DNA of 64,000 nucleotides from the NCBI GenBank assembly GCA_046297395.1, contig JBKCNM010000105.1, positions 14,230 through 78,229 of the forward strand, read 5' to 3'. The first letter of the stretch is position 1. Every line of letters begins with the position of its first letter. The DNA is from Bacteroidota bacterium. GTDB taxonomy: Bacteria > Bacteroidota > Bacteroidia > UBA4408. Positions 30,336 to 39,590 of the stretch are shown one piece after another. The translations under genes were made by a program, and so were the position numbers. The notes under the pieces are model-generated. The model was not told the origin of the DNA, ran no database searches, and worked only from the letters and a program-made list of their open reading frames with translations.

Positions 30336-31781
30336 ATGAAAAAATTGATTTTGATTGCCTTTGTATCCCTGATGGGTATACTTCCTAAGGCCCGGGCACA
30401 AAGCGCCATGGATGCCTTTCGTTACAGTTTTTCCACCTCCACAGGAACAGCCAGGAGCAGTGCCATTGGAGGAGCGTTTGGTGCGGTAGGTGCTGATCCC
30501 GGGGCCACCACCATCAATCCGGGTTCAGCGGGTTTATACAGAAAAACCGAGTTTTCCCTCTCCCCTGCCTTTCATTTTTCGGAAGAAGATGCCCTGTATG
30601 AGAATACCCGTGCAAACGACAGTCGCCTTGCCGTGAATGTAAATAACTGGGGCTTGAGTCTCCACAAGAAAACGGGTAAGGATGACAACTTACCTGAATG
30701 GAAAGGCATTACGGCAGGATTTACTTTTAACAGGCTTGCCAACTTTAACAGAAGGGCATTTGTTTCAGGAGAAGTAACAGGCAACAGCTTGATGAGGGAA
30801 TTTGTGAGAAGAGCAAACGGAAGCAATCCATCGAGTCTCAGTGAGTTCTCCGAGCGATTGGCTTTTGATTCCTATCTGATTGATACCTTCTCTGTGCTGG
30901 GCACAAATCAATACATTCCCAATTTGCTTAAAACTTCAGCTGTGAGTCAGAGAACCACCATTCAATCTTTTGGAAGCCTGAACGAAAACAATTTCTTTTT
31001 GTCGGGCAACTTTGCCAATAAGCTCTTTGTAGGTGCCTCTCTGGGATTGTTCCGGGTGCGTTTTAATGAAACTTCCGTGCATTCAGAAAAAGTAAATGAT
31101 ACGCTCCCTATTCAGGCTTTTACTTTTGAGCAGAGGGTTGCTTCGACTGGTGCCGGCTTTTTTGCCAAAGCCGGTTTGGTATACATGCCGGTGGAATATG
31201 TGCGCATTGGGGCGGCCTACCAAACAGGATCCAGAATTGCCATGAGTGATATCTACAATACGAGTCTCACCACTCAATTTACCACAGGTAGTTATAGCTT
31301 CTCTTCCCCCGAAGGTGCCTATAATTATATCATTCGTATTCCTTCCAAAAGTACATTCAGTCTTTGTATTTTGCATCCAAGGGTAGGTTTATTGAGTGCC
31401 GATGTAGAGTTGAGTGATTTTTCGGGTATGCGCATTTTCCCGAATGCAGATTTTTCACAGATAAACAGCCAAATCTCCGGTCAATATGGAATGCAGCAAA
31501 CCTATCGTACCGGCATGGAACTGCGCTTGGGCAAATTTTTCAATCTGCGTGGAGGATATGCTTTCAACCGTTCTCCGGTTTTAAGCGATGTAAATAACTT
31601 CAGTTACACAAGAATTACAGGCGGTGTGGGCTATAGACAAAAAAATGTGTTTTGTGATGTGGCTTTGGTACAAACACGCCTGAAATTCCTCTATTACACC
31701 TACGATCCTTCCCTCGTGAATGCCGCCGGTATGACTCAAAATACCACGCTACTCGTTTTTACGGGAGGAATTAGGTTCTGA
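30336..31781 (+). CDS. FadL/PorV-like outer-membrane beta-barrel protein
   Basis: Signal peptide. N-terminal motif GTARSSAIGGAFGAVGADPGATTINPGSAGL resembles the FadL/OMPP1/PorV signature. The sequence alternates in a beta-strand pattern and ends with an aromatic residue (GIRF). It starts 8 nt after the previous gene. Confidence 0.6.
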   Translation: MKKLILIAFVSLMGILPKARAQSAMDAFRYSFSTSTGTARSSAIGGAFGAVGADPGATTINPGSAGLYRKTEFSLSPAFHFSEEDALYENTRANDSRLAVNVNNWGLSLHKKTGKDDNLPEWKGITAGFTFNRLANFNRRAFVSGEVTGNSLMREFVRRANGSNPSSLSEFSERLAFDSYLIDTFSVLGTNQYIPNLLKTSAVSQRTTIQSFGSLNENNFFLSGNFANKLFVGASLGLFRVRFNETSVHSEKVNDTLPIQAFTFEQRVASTGAGFFAKAGLVYMPVEYVRIGAAYQTGSRIAMSDIYNTSLTTQFTTGSYSFSSPEGAYNYIIRIPSKSTFSLCILHPRVGLLSADVELSDFSGMRIFPNADFSQINSQISGQYGMQQTYRTGMELRLGKFFNLRGGYAFNRSPVLSDVNNFSYTRITGGVGYRQKNVFCDVALVQTRLKFLYYTYDPSLVNAAGMTQNTTLLVFTGGIRF

Positions 31782-31830
31782 ACTTCCGGGTTGTCCGAAT
31801 AAAATAATACTTTTGGACTCCCTAATTAAC

Positions 31831-33135
31831 ATGGCGCAATTCGAACTTGTGATGCCCAAGATGGGCGAAAGCGTTGCTGAGGCAACAATCATCAAATGGA
31901 CAAAAAATGAAGGAGATGCAATTTCTGCTGATGAAACAGTCTTGGAAATTGCCACCGACAAAGTAGACTCAGAAGTGCCGGCTGCCAGGGCGGGCATCCT
32001 TGAAAAAAAATTATTCAAAGAAGGCGAAGTTGTGGCAGTAGGAACAGCGGTGGCAATCATGCGTGATGCCTCCTCCGAACCGGCCTCCACTCCTGCTATA
32101 AAACCTGCACCGGAAAAGGCTGAATCTCCGGTGGTCCATAATATATCTGCCTCTGCAGTTGTGGCTTCGGCAGACTCCACCGGAAGGTTTTATTCTCCTC
32201 TGGTGAAGAATATTGCCAAACAGGAGGGAATTTCTCATGGAGAACTTGACACCATCGTTGGAAGTGGCAAAGATGGACGCGTAACAAAGGAGGATATCCT
32301 CAATTACCTGCCTCAGCGGAGCAAAACCCCTGCTCCTGTAGGAGTTCCTGTGGAACAAGTAGCGTCCCCTGCTCCAAAATCTGAAGCAGTACAATCCAAA
32401 CCGGCACCCGTTATCTCTTTGAATGCAGGTGATGAAATGATAGAGATGGACCGTATGCGAAAGTTAATTGCCGACCACATGGTGAGGTCTAAGCAAACTT
32501 CTCCACATGTTACTTCCTTTGTGGAAGCAGATGTAACCAATCTTGTTTTGTGGAGAGAGAAAGTGAAAAAGGAATATGAAAAACGGGAAAACGAGAAAAT
32601 CACTTTCACACCGTTGTTTATAGAGGCTGTTGCCAAAGCCATTCGTGATTTTCCGATGATCAATGTATCGGTTGACGGAAGCACCATTATTCGCAAAAAA
32701 TCAATCAATATTGGCATGGCAACTGCCCTGCCCAGCGGGAATCTGATTGTACCTGTGATTCGAAATGCCGACATGCTTAATTTAAGCGGACTTACCCGGT
32801 CGGTGAATGATCTTGCACTCAGGGCAAGAGAGAACAAACTGCAGCCTGATGAAATTTCAGGAGGTACTTTTACCATTTCCAATGTGGGTTCCTTTGGTAA
32901 TGTAATGGGAACGCCCATTATCAACCAGCCCCAGGTGGCCATTTTGGCTGTGGGTGCGATAAAGAAGAAACCGGCTGTTTTAGAAACCCCCCAGGGGGAT
33001 GTAATTGCTATCAGACACATGATGTTTCTGTCCCTTTCCTACGATCACCGTGTGGTGGATGGTTCCCTTGGAGGTACATTCTTGCGAAAGGTTGCCGATT
33101 ACCTTGAAAATTTTGATTTAAACCGACCCATTTAA
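31831..33135 (+). CDS. 2-oxoacid dehydrogenase E2 component (dihydrolipoamide acyltransferase)
   Basis: Lipoyl domain LEIATDKVDSEVPA, a peripheral subunit-binding domain, and the catalytic SYDHRVVDG. The ATG at 31831 (MAQFELVMPKMGES) is preferred over the TTG at 31813. Confidence 0.9.
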   Translation: MAQFELVMPKMGESVAEATIIKWTKNEGDAISADETVLEIATDKVDSEVPAARAGILEKKLFKEGEVVAVGTAVAIMRDASSEPASTPAIKPAPEKAESPVVHNISASAVVASADSTGRFYSPLVKNIAKQEGISHGELDTIVGSGKDGRVTKEDILNYLPQRSKTPAPVGVPVEQVASPAPKSEAVQSKPAPVISLNAGDEMIEMDRMRKLIADHMVRSKQTSPHVTSFVEADVTNLVLWREKVKKEYEKRENEKITFTPLFIEAVAKAIRDFPMINVSVDGSTIIRKKSINIGMATALPSGNLIVPVIRNADMLNLSGLTRSVNDLALRARENKLQPDEISGGTFTISNVGSFGNVMGTPIINQPQVAILAVGAIKKKPAVLETPQGDVIAIRHMMFLSLSYDHRVVDGSLGGTFLRKVADYLENFDLNRPI

Positions 33136-33140
33136 CAAAT

Positions 33141-33148
33141 TAATTTTG
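33141..33148 (+). promoter_or_regulatory. Candidate -7 promoter box (TAATTTTG)
   Basis: Exact TAnnTTTG match only 3 nt before the ATG at 33151. This argues that translation starts at the next Met (33205). Confidence 0.3.
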
Positions 33149-33204
33149 TTATGCCAGCAAAAAGGCTTTGTTTTGCATCCATAAGTAAAAAACCGTTATC
33201 AAAT

Positions 33205-33645
33205 ATGAAAAATTACCCGTTGTTTACAGCAGCCTTACTGATGCTCTCATTTGCAGGTTTCGCGCAGCGTTCACCTGACTTCTGTAAAAAGTTTGAAGCA
33301 GCCAACTACCACCTTGATTACAACAATTTCGGTGAAGCAGTTCCTGCTTTCGAAGAACTTGTTCAAATGGAGCCTACCAACGCTTTGCTGAACTACAACC
33401 TTGGATTTTGTATACTCAACGCAGGAACCCGATTAAAGTCAGATGCTATTCCATTCCTTGAAATGGCTGAGAAAAACATGCTCAGGGTAGCCACTAATTA
33501 TGACGATGGCGATTGTAATGAAAAAAGAGCTCCTCTATCTACCCTTTTGAACCTGGGAGAAGCCTACATGTTTGCCGGGAAATTTGACATGGCAATCGAT
33601 AAATTTGAAACTTATCGCAAATTAGAAAAACGCATTGACAAATAA
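33205..33645 (+). pseudogene. N-terminal fragment (signal peptide + TPR) of a TPR/PD40/OmpA-like protein, ended by an in-frame TAA
   Basis: MKNYPLFTAALLMLSFAGFAQ is a signal peptide and is followed by TPR-like helices. A TAA at 33643..33645 sits in the same frame as the next ORF. Homology to the two downstream paralogs continues across the stop. Confidence 0.6.
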
Positions 33646-33675
33646 ACAGCAGAAATTCTCGACCGCCAGGTTGGG

Positions 33676-35250
33676 ATGTGTCGTTTTGCCGATGAGTCCA
33701 TAAAAAAGCCTGTTAAGGTTGATTTTACAAATCTTGGCTCAAGCGTAAATACCAAATTTCCTGAATATTTCGCCGGCCTTACCGACGATGAAAGCATCGT
33801 TTATTTTACCAGCCGCAGGGAAGGAAACGGAAACTTCCAGGCCATGGATGGTAAATTCTTTGAAAGCATCTTCACATCAACATCAGGCGACAATGGTTTT
33901 GGAGCATCCGAGGAAATTGGAAGTCCAATCAATGTAGAAGAGAACGATGCTATTTTCTCTATCTCTGCCGACGGTACCAAAATGTTGATTGGAATGGATA
34001 AGAAAGAGAACGGAAACATCTACATGAGCGAACTCAAAGGAGATTCTTGGACCGAACCCATGGATGTAGGTCCAAACATCAACACCAAATTCAAAGAAAA
34101 GGGAGCCTGCATCTCCGCTGACGGTACCACTTTGTATTTTGCAAGTGATAGAAAAGGTGGACTCGGAGGTTTTGATTTATACAAATCAACCCGACAGGGA
34201 AATTCTTGGGGCCCTGCTGAAGCTCTTGCTTCACTCAATACCAAGTACGATGAAATGTATCCAACACTTTCCCTCGATGGAAAAACACTTTTCTTCTCTT
34301 CTGCTGGGCATGAAACCATGGGTGGTTTGGATATCATGAAGTCCGAAAATAACGGAGGAACCTGGAGTGCACCGGCAAACTTGGGATATCCAATCAACAC
34401 TGTTGACGATGATTTCGGATACTTTGAATCCATTGATGGCATGCGTGCCTATGTATCTCAGATTCGTAAAGGCGGGATGGGAGATTTGGACATCTACAAG
34501 GTTACCTACCAAGATCGCAAACCAAAAGCCATCACCGTATACATGGGTCGTGTGGTACTTAACAATGGTGTAAAAGAACTTACAAGCACAAACAAGATTA
34601 CTGTGAAAGCTGCAGATGGTACTGAAAAAATTTACAAAGCTGCATCAAATGGTAAATTCTCATTCAATCTGAAACCGGGCAGCAAGTATTCCATTAAGAT
34701 GGAAGCCAACGGCAAGGAATTTGCAAAAGATGAAATAGATATTCCTGCGGGAAGTCCTTATCAGGAAATCAAAAAAGAATTTAATATCGATCCTGAAGTT
34801 GCTGTAAAAGCTGCGGCTGAAAAAGCGGCTGAAGAAAAAGCCAAGGCAGAAGAAGTAGCCATGAATGCCAAAGCCAAGCCCATCGGATTTAAGATGTACT
34901 TTCAATACAACAAGAAAGACATTGGTGCTTCCAACGATTTCAAGGATTTCATGAAAGCCTTCCAGAAAGCTGTTTCAGAAAGTGGAAAAGTACAAGTGAA
35001 AATTGAAGCCTCAGCTTCCAAGGTACCTACCAGGAAATACAAAGACAATCAAAATCTTTCCAAGTTGCGCGCAGATGCTGCCATCCAAAAGTTGAAAGAC
35101 GAGATGGTAAAATTGAAACTTGATCCTTCCAAAGTGGTGTTTTTACCTCCTGTACCTTTGGTTGGTGGTCCTGAATACAAAAATGACTTCAACGAAAACA
35201 GAAAGTCATACGAGGAATATCAATACATCGATATCTCTGTGACCAAATAA
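33676..35250 (+). CDS. PD40 (TolB-like beta-propeller repeat) + OmpA-like C-terminal fragment, the larger part of the split gene
   Basis: Repeated blocks such as SADGTTLYFASDRKGGLGGFDLYKS and SLDGKTLFFSSAGHETMGGLDIMKS. The C-terminus has an OmpA-like NQNLSKLRADAAIQKL. This ORF has no signal peptide of its own. Confidence 0.7.
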   Translation: MCRFADESIKKPVKVDFTNLGSSVNTKFPEYFAGLTDDESIVYFTSRREGNGNFQAMDGKFFESIFTSTSGDNGFGASEEIGSPINVEENDAIFSISADGTKMLIGMDKKENGNIYMSELKGDSWTEPMDVGPNINTKFKEKGACISADGTTLYFASDRKGGLGGFDLYKSTRQGNSWGPAEALASLNTKYDEMYPTLSLDGKTLFFSSAGHETMGGLDIMKSENNGGTWSAPANLGYPINTVDDDFGYFESIDGMRAYVSQIRKGGMGDLDIYKVTYQDRKPKAITVYMGRVVLNNGVKELTSTNKITVKAADGTEKIYKAASNGKFSFNLKPGSKYSIKMEANGKEFAKDEIDIPAGSPYQEIKKEFNIDPEVAVKAAAEKAAEEKAKAEEVAMNAKAKPIGFKMYFQYNKKDIGASNDFKDFMKAFQKAVSESGKVQVKIEASASKVPTRKYKDNQNLSKLRADAAIQKLKDEMVKLKLDPSKVVFLPPVPLVGGPEYKNDFNENRKSYEEYQYIDISVTK

Positions 35251-35271
35251 GTCCTAACGAATTTCATCAAC

Positions 35272-35298
35272 AAAGGGAATACAATGTATTCCCTTTTT
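35272..35298 (+). terminator. Rho-independent terminator
   Basis: aaaGGGAATAC-aat-GTATTCCCttttt, 22 nt after the stop at 35250. Confidence 0.65.
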
Positions 35299-35310
35299 CA
35301 TTTGAAGTAA

Positions 35311-36882
35311 ATGCCAACCTTTTCACATCTTCGTTTTTCTGTTTTTATAAGCTTTTTCTCGCTGTTTTGTTCTTCCTTGGCAAGTGACGGAAGCATTCCT
35401 GATGAAGCCAAAAACCTGCTGAAAGCAAAAGACTACACCAAAGCGCTTTCCATCCTTCTGAATGTAGCCAAAGAGAACAAAAATGACTTGGAAACAATGA
35501 ACGGAATAGGTGTATGTTACCTGAACATTCATGGTGATAAATCCAAGGCTATTCCCTACCTTGAAAAAGCCTCCTCCCTGAAAAAGAATAACTGGCCTGT
35601 TCTTGCAGACTTAGCAATGGCTTACCAGTATGGAAAAAAATATGCGGAGGCAATTGCCATCTATGAAAACATTGAAAAGAACGGAGACCCAAAATACCAG
35701 GGGATGTTTTTGCAAGAGATCGAATATTGTAAACGGGCAGAATTGGCAGTAAAAAATCCGGTCAATGTAAGTTTCACCAACCTGGGTAAAAATATCAACT
35801 CAGAATATGCCGATTACTTTCCGATAGTACCGGAGTATGGGAATCTGCTTGCATTTACTTCCCGGCGTAAAGGAAACACAGGAAACATTACCGACAAGGA
35901 TGGCTTTTTTACTTCAGACATTTATCTTGCAGATTTTAAGAACGGGCAATTTTCCAAGGCCAAAAATGCAGGCGCAAAAACCAATACACCGGGAGACGAA
36001 CAAGTAACCGGATGCACTCCTGACGGAAAAACGCTAATGGTCTATATTGACTATGGAGGAAAAAATTTCGGAGACTTGTTTTTCTGCGACAATGGTAAAA
36101 ACAACAGCACGGGAGAACTAAAAAATATCGGTGAAAACCTTAACACTCCCTTTTTTGAAACAGCCGGAACCCTAAACAGTGATGGAACGGCAGTATATTT
36201 TGCTTCTGATTTACCGGGTGGATATGGTGGGCGGGATTTATATAAAGCTATAAAGCTGCCGGATGGCAATTGGCTTGAGCCACAAAATCTCGGACCTGTA
36301 ATAAATACACCGTTCAATGAAGATTTCCCCTGGATTTCTGATGATGGAATGTTGCTCACCTTTTCTTCGGAAGGCCACCAATCCATCGGAGGCTTTGATT
36401 TATATAAAGCCACCTGGGATACAGTGGCTAAAACATGGAAAGAGCCTGAGAACTTTGGATATCCCATCAATACTTCTGATGACGAATACAACATCTGTCT
36501 TTCATCAAACAGAGAAACCGGCTACATGTCATGCTGGCGTCCTGACAGCGAAGGAGATTGGGATATATATAAAATTACCTTCAACGATTTGGTACAACCC
36601 AAAACCACATTTGTATACACCACTATCATTGCAGGAGATTCCATCAAACCCAATGTGAGTGGTTCATGTTTGGTAACAGATAAAATCAATGGTGATACGC
36701 TGGGCATTTACAATCCCAAGAGAAACGGTAAGTTTCTTATGATTCTTCCTACAGGGCTATATGATGTTCAGGTAAGTTCACCGGGATTCGAAGATTACAA
36801 GGAAGAACTTTATTTGTCGGACAAAGAATTATATAGTGAAAAACTAAATAAGGTCATCAGACTCTCAAAGAAAAAAAAGTAA
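35311..36882 (+). CDS. TPR + PD40 repeat protein with carboxypeptidase-regulatory-like C-terminal domain (paralog 2)
   Basis: Signal peptide and TPR helices. NPVNVSFTNLGKNINSEYADYFP, then PD40 blocks (NSDGTAVYFASDLPGGYGGRDLYKA). C-terminus GKFLMILPTGLYDVQVSSPGFEDYKEELYL. Confidence 0.75.
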   Translation: MPTFSHLRFSVFISFFSLFCSSLASDGSIPDEAKNLLKAKDYTKALSILLNVAKENKNDLETMNGIGVCYLNIHGDKSKAIPYLEKASSLKKNNWPVLADLAMAYQYGKKYAEAIAIYENIEKNGDPKYQGMFLQEIEYCKRAELAVKNPVNVSFTNLGKNINSEYADYFPIVPEYGNLLAFTSRRKGNTGNITDKDGFFTSDIYLADFKNGQFSKAKNAGAKTNTPGDEQVTGCTPDGKTLMVYIDYGGKNFGDLFFCDNGKNNSTGELKNIGENLNTPFFETAGTLNSDGTAVYFASDLPGGYGGRDLYKAIKLPDGNWLEPQNLGPVINTPFNEDFPWISDDGMLLTFSSEGHQSIGGFDLYKATWDTVAKTWKEPENFGYPINTSDDEYNICLSSNRETGYMSCWRPDSEGDWDIYKITFNDLVQPKTTFVYTTIIAGDSIKPNVSGSCLVTDKINGDTLGIYNPKRNGKFLMILPTGLYDVQVSSPGFEDYKEELYLSDKELYSEKLNKVIRLSKKKK

Positions 36883-36989
36883 TTGTTTGTCATCTCAAAA
36901 CCAATCATAAAACCACATAACAATTACTTCCAAAGGAAAATGAGCGTATTAAAATTTATTTAATAGTAGGAATTATTAGGTTCAGACAA

Positions 36990-36997
36990 TATATTTG
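36990..36997 (+). promoter_or_regulatory. Candidate -7 promoter box (TATATTTG)
   Basis: Exact TAnnTTTG match, 17 nt upstream of the ATG at 37014. Confidence 0.35.
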
Positions 36998-37013
36998 AAG
37001 TTCAAAAATTAAA

Positions 37014-38684
37014 ATGATTCTCCGTGGGGCAATATGGATGTGTATTTTACTCATAGGCTTATGCCCCATTGTGTCGTTTGCTCAGGCAACCAAATCTGCC
37101 TCACCAGAGTTAACCGAGGATCCGTTTCAGCTTTTTAAATACCGAAACTACAGAGCAGCCATTCCCGGGTTTGAAGCAGAACTCAAGAATTCAGAGAAAA
37201 ACCCTGAGTTGCTTGAAAAACTCGGATTGTGCTACATGCGTGGAAATATCAGTTACGAAAAAGCCGTTGGCATCTTCAAACAGGCAATTGAAGTGGACAA
37301 GGAAAATCCCGAACACATCTTCAATCTTGCCAATGCCTATCAGCTAAATTTTAAATTTGATGATGCCATAGAGCAGTATGGTAAGTATGTAATCAAAGTA
37401 AAGCAGCAGAAAAAAGAGAATGAAGCTGAGCTCGTAAAAAAAGGCTTAAGAGGAATTGAGACTTCAAAAAATGCAAAGGAGTTGATTAAGTTTCCGGTGG
37501 ATGTTAGTTTCGAAAACATGGGAAAAGAAATCAATACCGTGCATGCCGAACTTGACCCATTCATTACGCCATCTAAAACCACGCTAATTTATACCTCCAA
37601 CCGACCGGACGGTAACCAATGTACAGAACCAAGAAAATCAGGATTCACCACAGACCTTTATGTTTCGATTTTCAAAAATGGAAAATGGACAAAATCATCA
37701 AACATGGGAAGTATCGTAAATACTCCATTAAACGAGAGAATTTGCTCCATGAATGAAGATGCATCCTCACTTTTTTTATACATCGACAATGAGGAGTCGT
37801 CCAAAGACGGAGATATCTATTTGGCATCGGCGAAAAACAAAATCTTTGATACTCCTTTCAGCCTGAAAGGCTTGGTTAACTCAAGCGATGAGGAATCCTC
37901 CGCTTCAATTACTTCAGACGGGGCAGCCTTGTATTTTTCATCTGACCGACCAGGGGGCTCAGGAAAGAAAGATATTTATGTGGCAAAAAAACTACCTGAC
38001 CAAACATGGGGTGAACCCAAACGATTAACAGACAAAATTAATACAACCCTCAACGAGGATTTTCCACTGATTATGGACAATGACCGTACCTTGTATTTCT
38101 GTTCAGAGGGGCACAACAGCATGGGAGGTTATGACATATTCCGCAGTGAATGGGTTGACTCACTCAACAACTGGTCGGATCCGGTAAACATGGGATATCC
38201 GGTAAACACCCCGGAAGATAACTACAGCATTTCCTTTACTTCCCGTAGCAATGAGGGTTACATGGCATCTATCAGACCGGAAGGCATGGGTGACTATGAC
38301 ATCTATAGAATCGTCTTCAATCAATCCAATGGAGCACCCTATTATGTGCTCAAAGGAATCATCGGAAGTTCACAAAATGGTGGAGTGAGTAACGATGTGA
38401 AAATGACTATTACCAGTAAAAAAACCAAAACCCTTTTCGGAAAATACAATATCAGTGCACGCAAAAACGGTAAGTATTGCTTGGTGCTTTTTCCGGGTGA
38501 TTATACAGTAGAAATTTCATCTGAAAATTGCATGCCTCACACCGAGGAAATCACTGTGATGGATAAAAATACTAGGGGCGAAATCATCCCCAAGGATTTT
38601 CAACTGAAATCATCAACTCAGTCTGATACACCTAAAGATAAAACCTCAAAAAAAACAGAGAAAGCCTCTGTGAAAAAACCCTGA
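37014..38684 (+). CDS. TPR + PD40 repeat protein with carboxypeptidase-regulatory-like C-terminal domain (paralog 3)
   Basis: Same architecture as paralog 2: FPVDVSFENMGKEINTVHAELDPF, TSDGAALYFSSDRPGGSGKKDIYVA and GKYCLVLFPGDYTVEISSENC. It has a Lys/Ser/Thr-rich tail. Confidence 0.75.
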   Translation: MILRGAIWMCILLIGLCPIVSFAQATKSASPELTEDPFQLFKYRNYRAAIPGFEAELKNSEKNPELLEKLGLCYMRGNISYEKAVGIFKQAIEVDKENPEHIFNLANAYQLNFKFDDAIEQYGKYVIKVKQQKKENEAELVKKGLRGIETSKNAKELIKFPVDVSFENMGKEINTVHAELDPFITPSKTTLIYTSNRPDGNQCTEPRKSGFTTDLYVSIFKNGKWTKSSNMGSIVNTPLNERICSMNEDASSLFLYIDNEESSKDGDIYLASAKNKIFDTPFSLKGLVNSSDEESSASITSDGAALYFSSDRPGGSGKKDIYVAKKLPDQTWGEPKRLTDKINTTLNEDFPLIMDNDRTLYFCSEGHNSMGGYDIFRSEWVDSLNNWSDPVNMGYPVNTPEDNYSISFTSRSNEGYMASIRPEGMGDYDIYRIVFNQSNGAPYYVLKGIIGSSQNGGVSNDVKMTITSKKTKTLFGKYNISARKNGKYCLVLFPGDYTVEISSENCMPHTEEITVMDKNTRGEIIPKDFQLKSSTQSDTPKDKTSKKTEKASVKKP

Positions 38685-39499
38685 TGGATTTAAAAATTAC
38701 GCGGCCCTTGGCCTTTATTGATCTGGAGACCACCGGCGTGGATCTTGTAAAAGACCGGATTATTGAAATATCCATTCTCAAATTATATCCGGATGGCAAA
38801 AAAGAAACCCGCACCCGGCGCTTCAATCCCGGCATTCCCATTCCCGAATCCTCTACAAAGATTCATGGGATCACGAATGAAGATGTGGCCAACGAACCCA
38901 TGTTTTCTCAAATTGCCAAATCACTTGTTCAATTTATTGGTGAAAGCGACCTGGCAGGTTACAACAGCATTCGGTTTGATGTCCCGCTCTTGATGGAAGA
39001 ATTTATAAGAAGCCAGGTAGATTTTACGCTCAAAAATCGGAAGCTTATTGATATGCAGGTTATTTTTCACCAAATGGAACCCAGGAATTTATCTGCCGCT
39101 TATCGTTTTTATTGCAACAAAGAGCTTACGAATGCCCACAGTGCAGAAGCAGATATCAATGCCACCTTTGAAGTGCTTGATGCACAAATAAAAAAATACC
39201 GTGGTCAATCTCTTTCCACTGCCAACGATAAAAAAGTGGTATTCCCCGAAGGCATGGATGAGCTTCATGCTTTCTGCAACAGCTCCCGTTTTGCTGATTT
39301 AGCCGGTAGAATAGTTTTTGATGAGCATGGCATCGAAGTTTTTAATTTCGGCAAACACAAGGGTAAATCTGTGGAGCAGGTTTTTCTTCAGGAACCCTCT
39401 TATTACAACTGGATGATGAATGGAGAATTTCCTCAGTACACCAAAAAAGTAATCACCGAAATTCAATTGCGCAGAATACAGGCTAAAAACAAATCCTGA
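38684..39499 (+). CDS. DnaQ-like 3'-5' exonuclease domain protein
   Basis: Exo motifs FIDLETTG, GYNSIRFDVPLL and HSAEADINAT. Its ATG overlaps the preceding TGA as TGATG. Confidence 0.8.
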   Translation: MDLKITRPLAFIDLETTGVDLVKDRIIEISILKLYPDGKKETRTRRFNPGIPIPESSTKIHGITNEDVANEPMFSQIAKSLVQFIGESDLAGYNSIRFDVPLLMEEFIRSQVDFTLKNRKLIDMQVIFHQMEPRNLSAAYRFYCNKELTNAHSAEADINATFEVLDAQIKKYRGQSLSTANDKKVVFPEGMDELHAFCNSSRFADLAGRIVFDEHGIEVFNFGKHKGKSVEQVFLQEPSYYNWMMNGEFPQYTKKVITEIQLRRIQAKNKS

Positions 39500-39590
39500 T
39501 TCTTCAAGAGTTTTTTCCTTTCAACAGTTCAACCAACCTTATCGGATGCTCTAAATGCAAGTACCCGGTAAAACAAGTCTTCCCTGACAT

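Noticed and set aside
32313-33020. A 235-aa ORF antisense to the E2 acyltransferase gene. Similar long antisense or off-frame ORFs occur at 749..1297, 9712..10275, 16486..17013, 27578..28207, 34020..34442, 36051..36494 and 49691..50092.
   Set aside because: Each lies entirely inside a gene with clear family motifs on the other strand or frame. Their translations are low complexity with no recognisable motifs. They are shadow ORFs.
33643-33645. The in-frame TAA as evidence for stop-codon reassignment.
   Set aside because: TAA terminates several well-conserved genes in this window at the expected protein ends, including efp, proS and the E2 gene.
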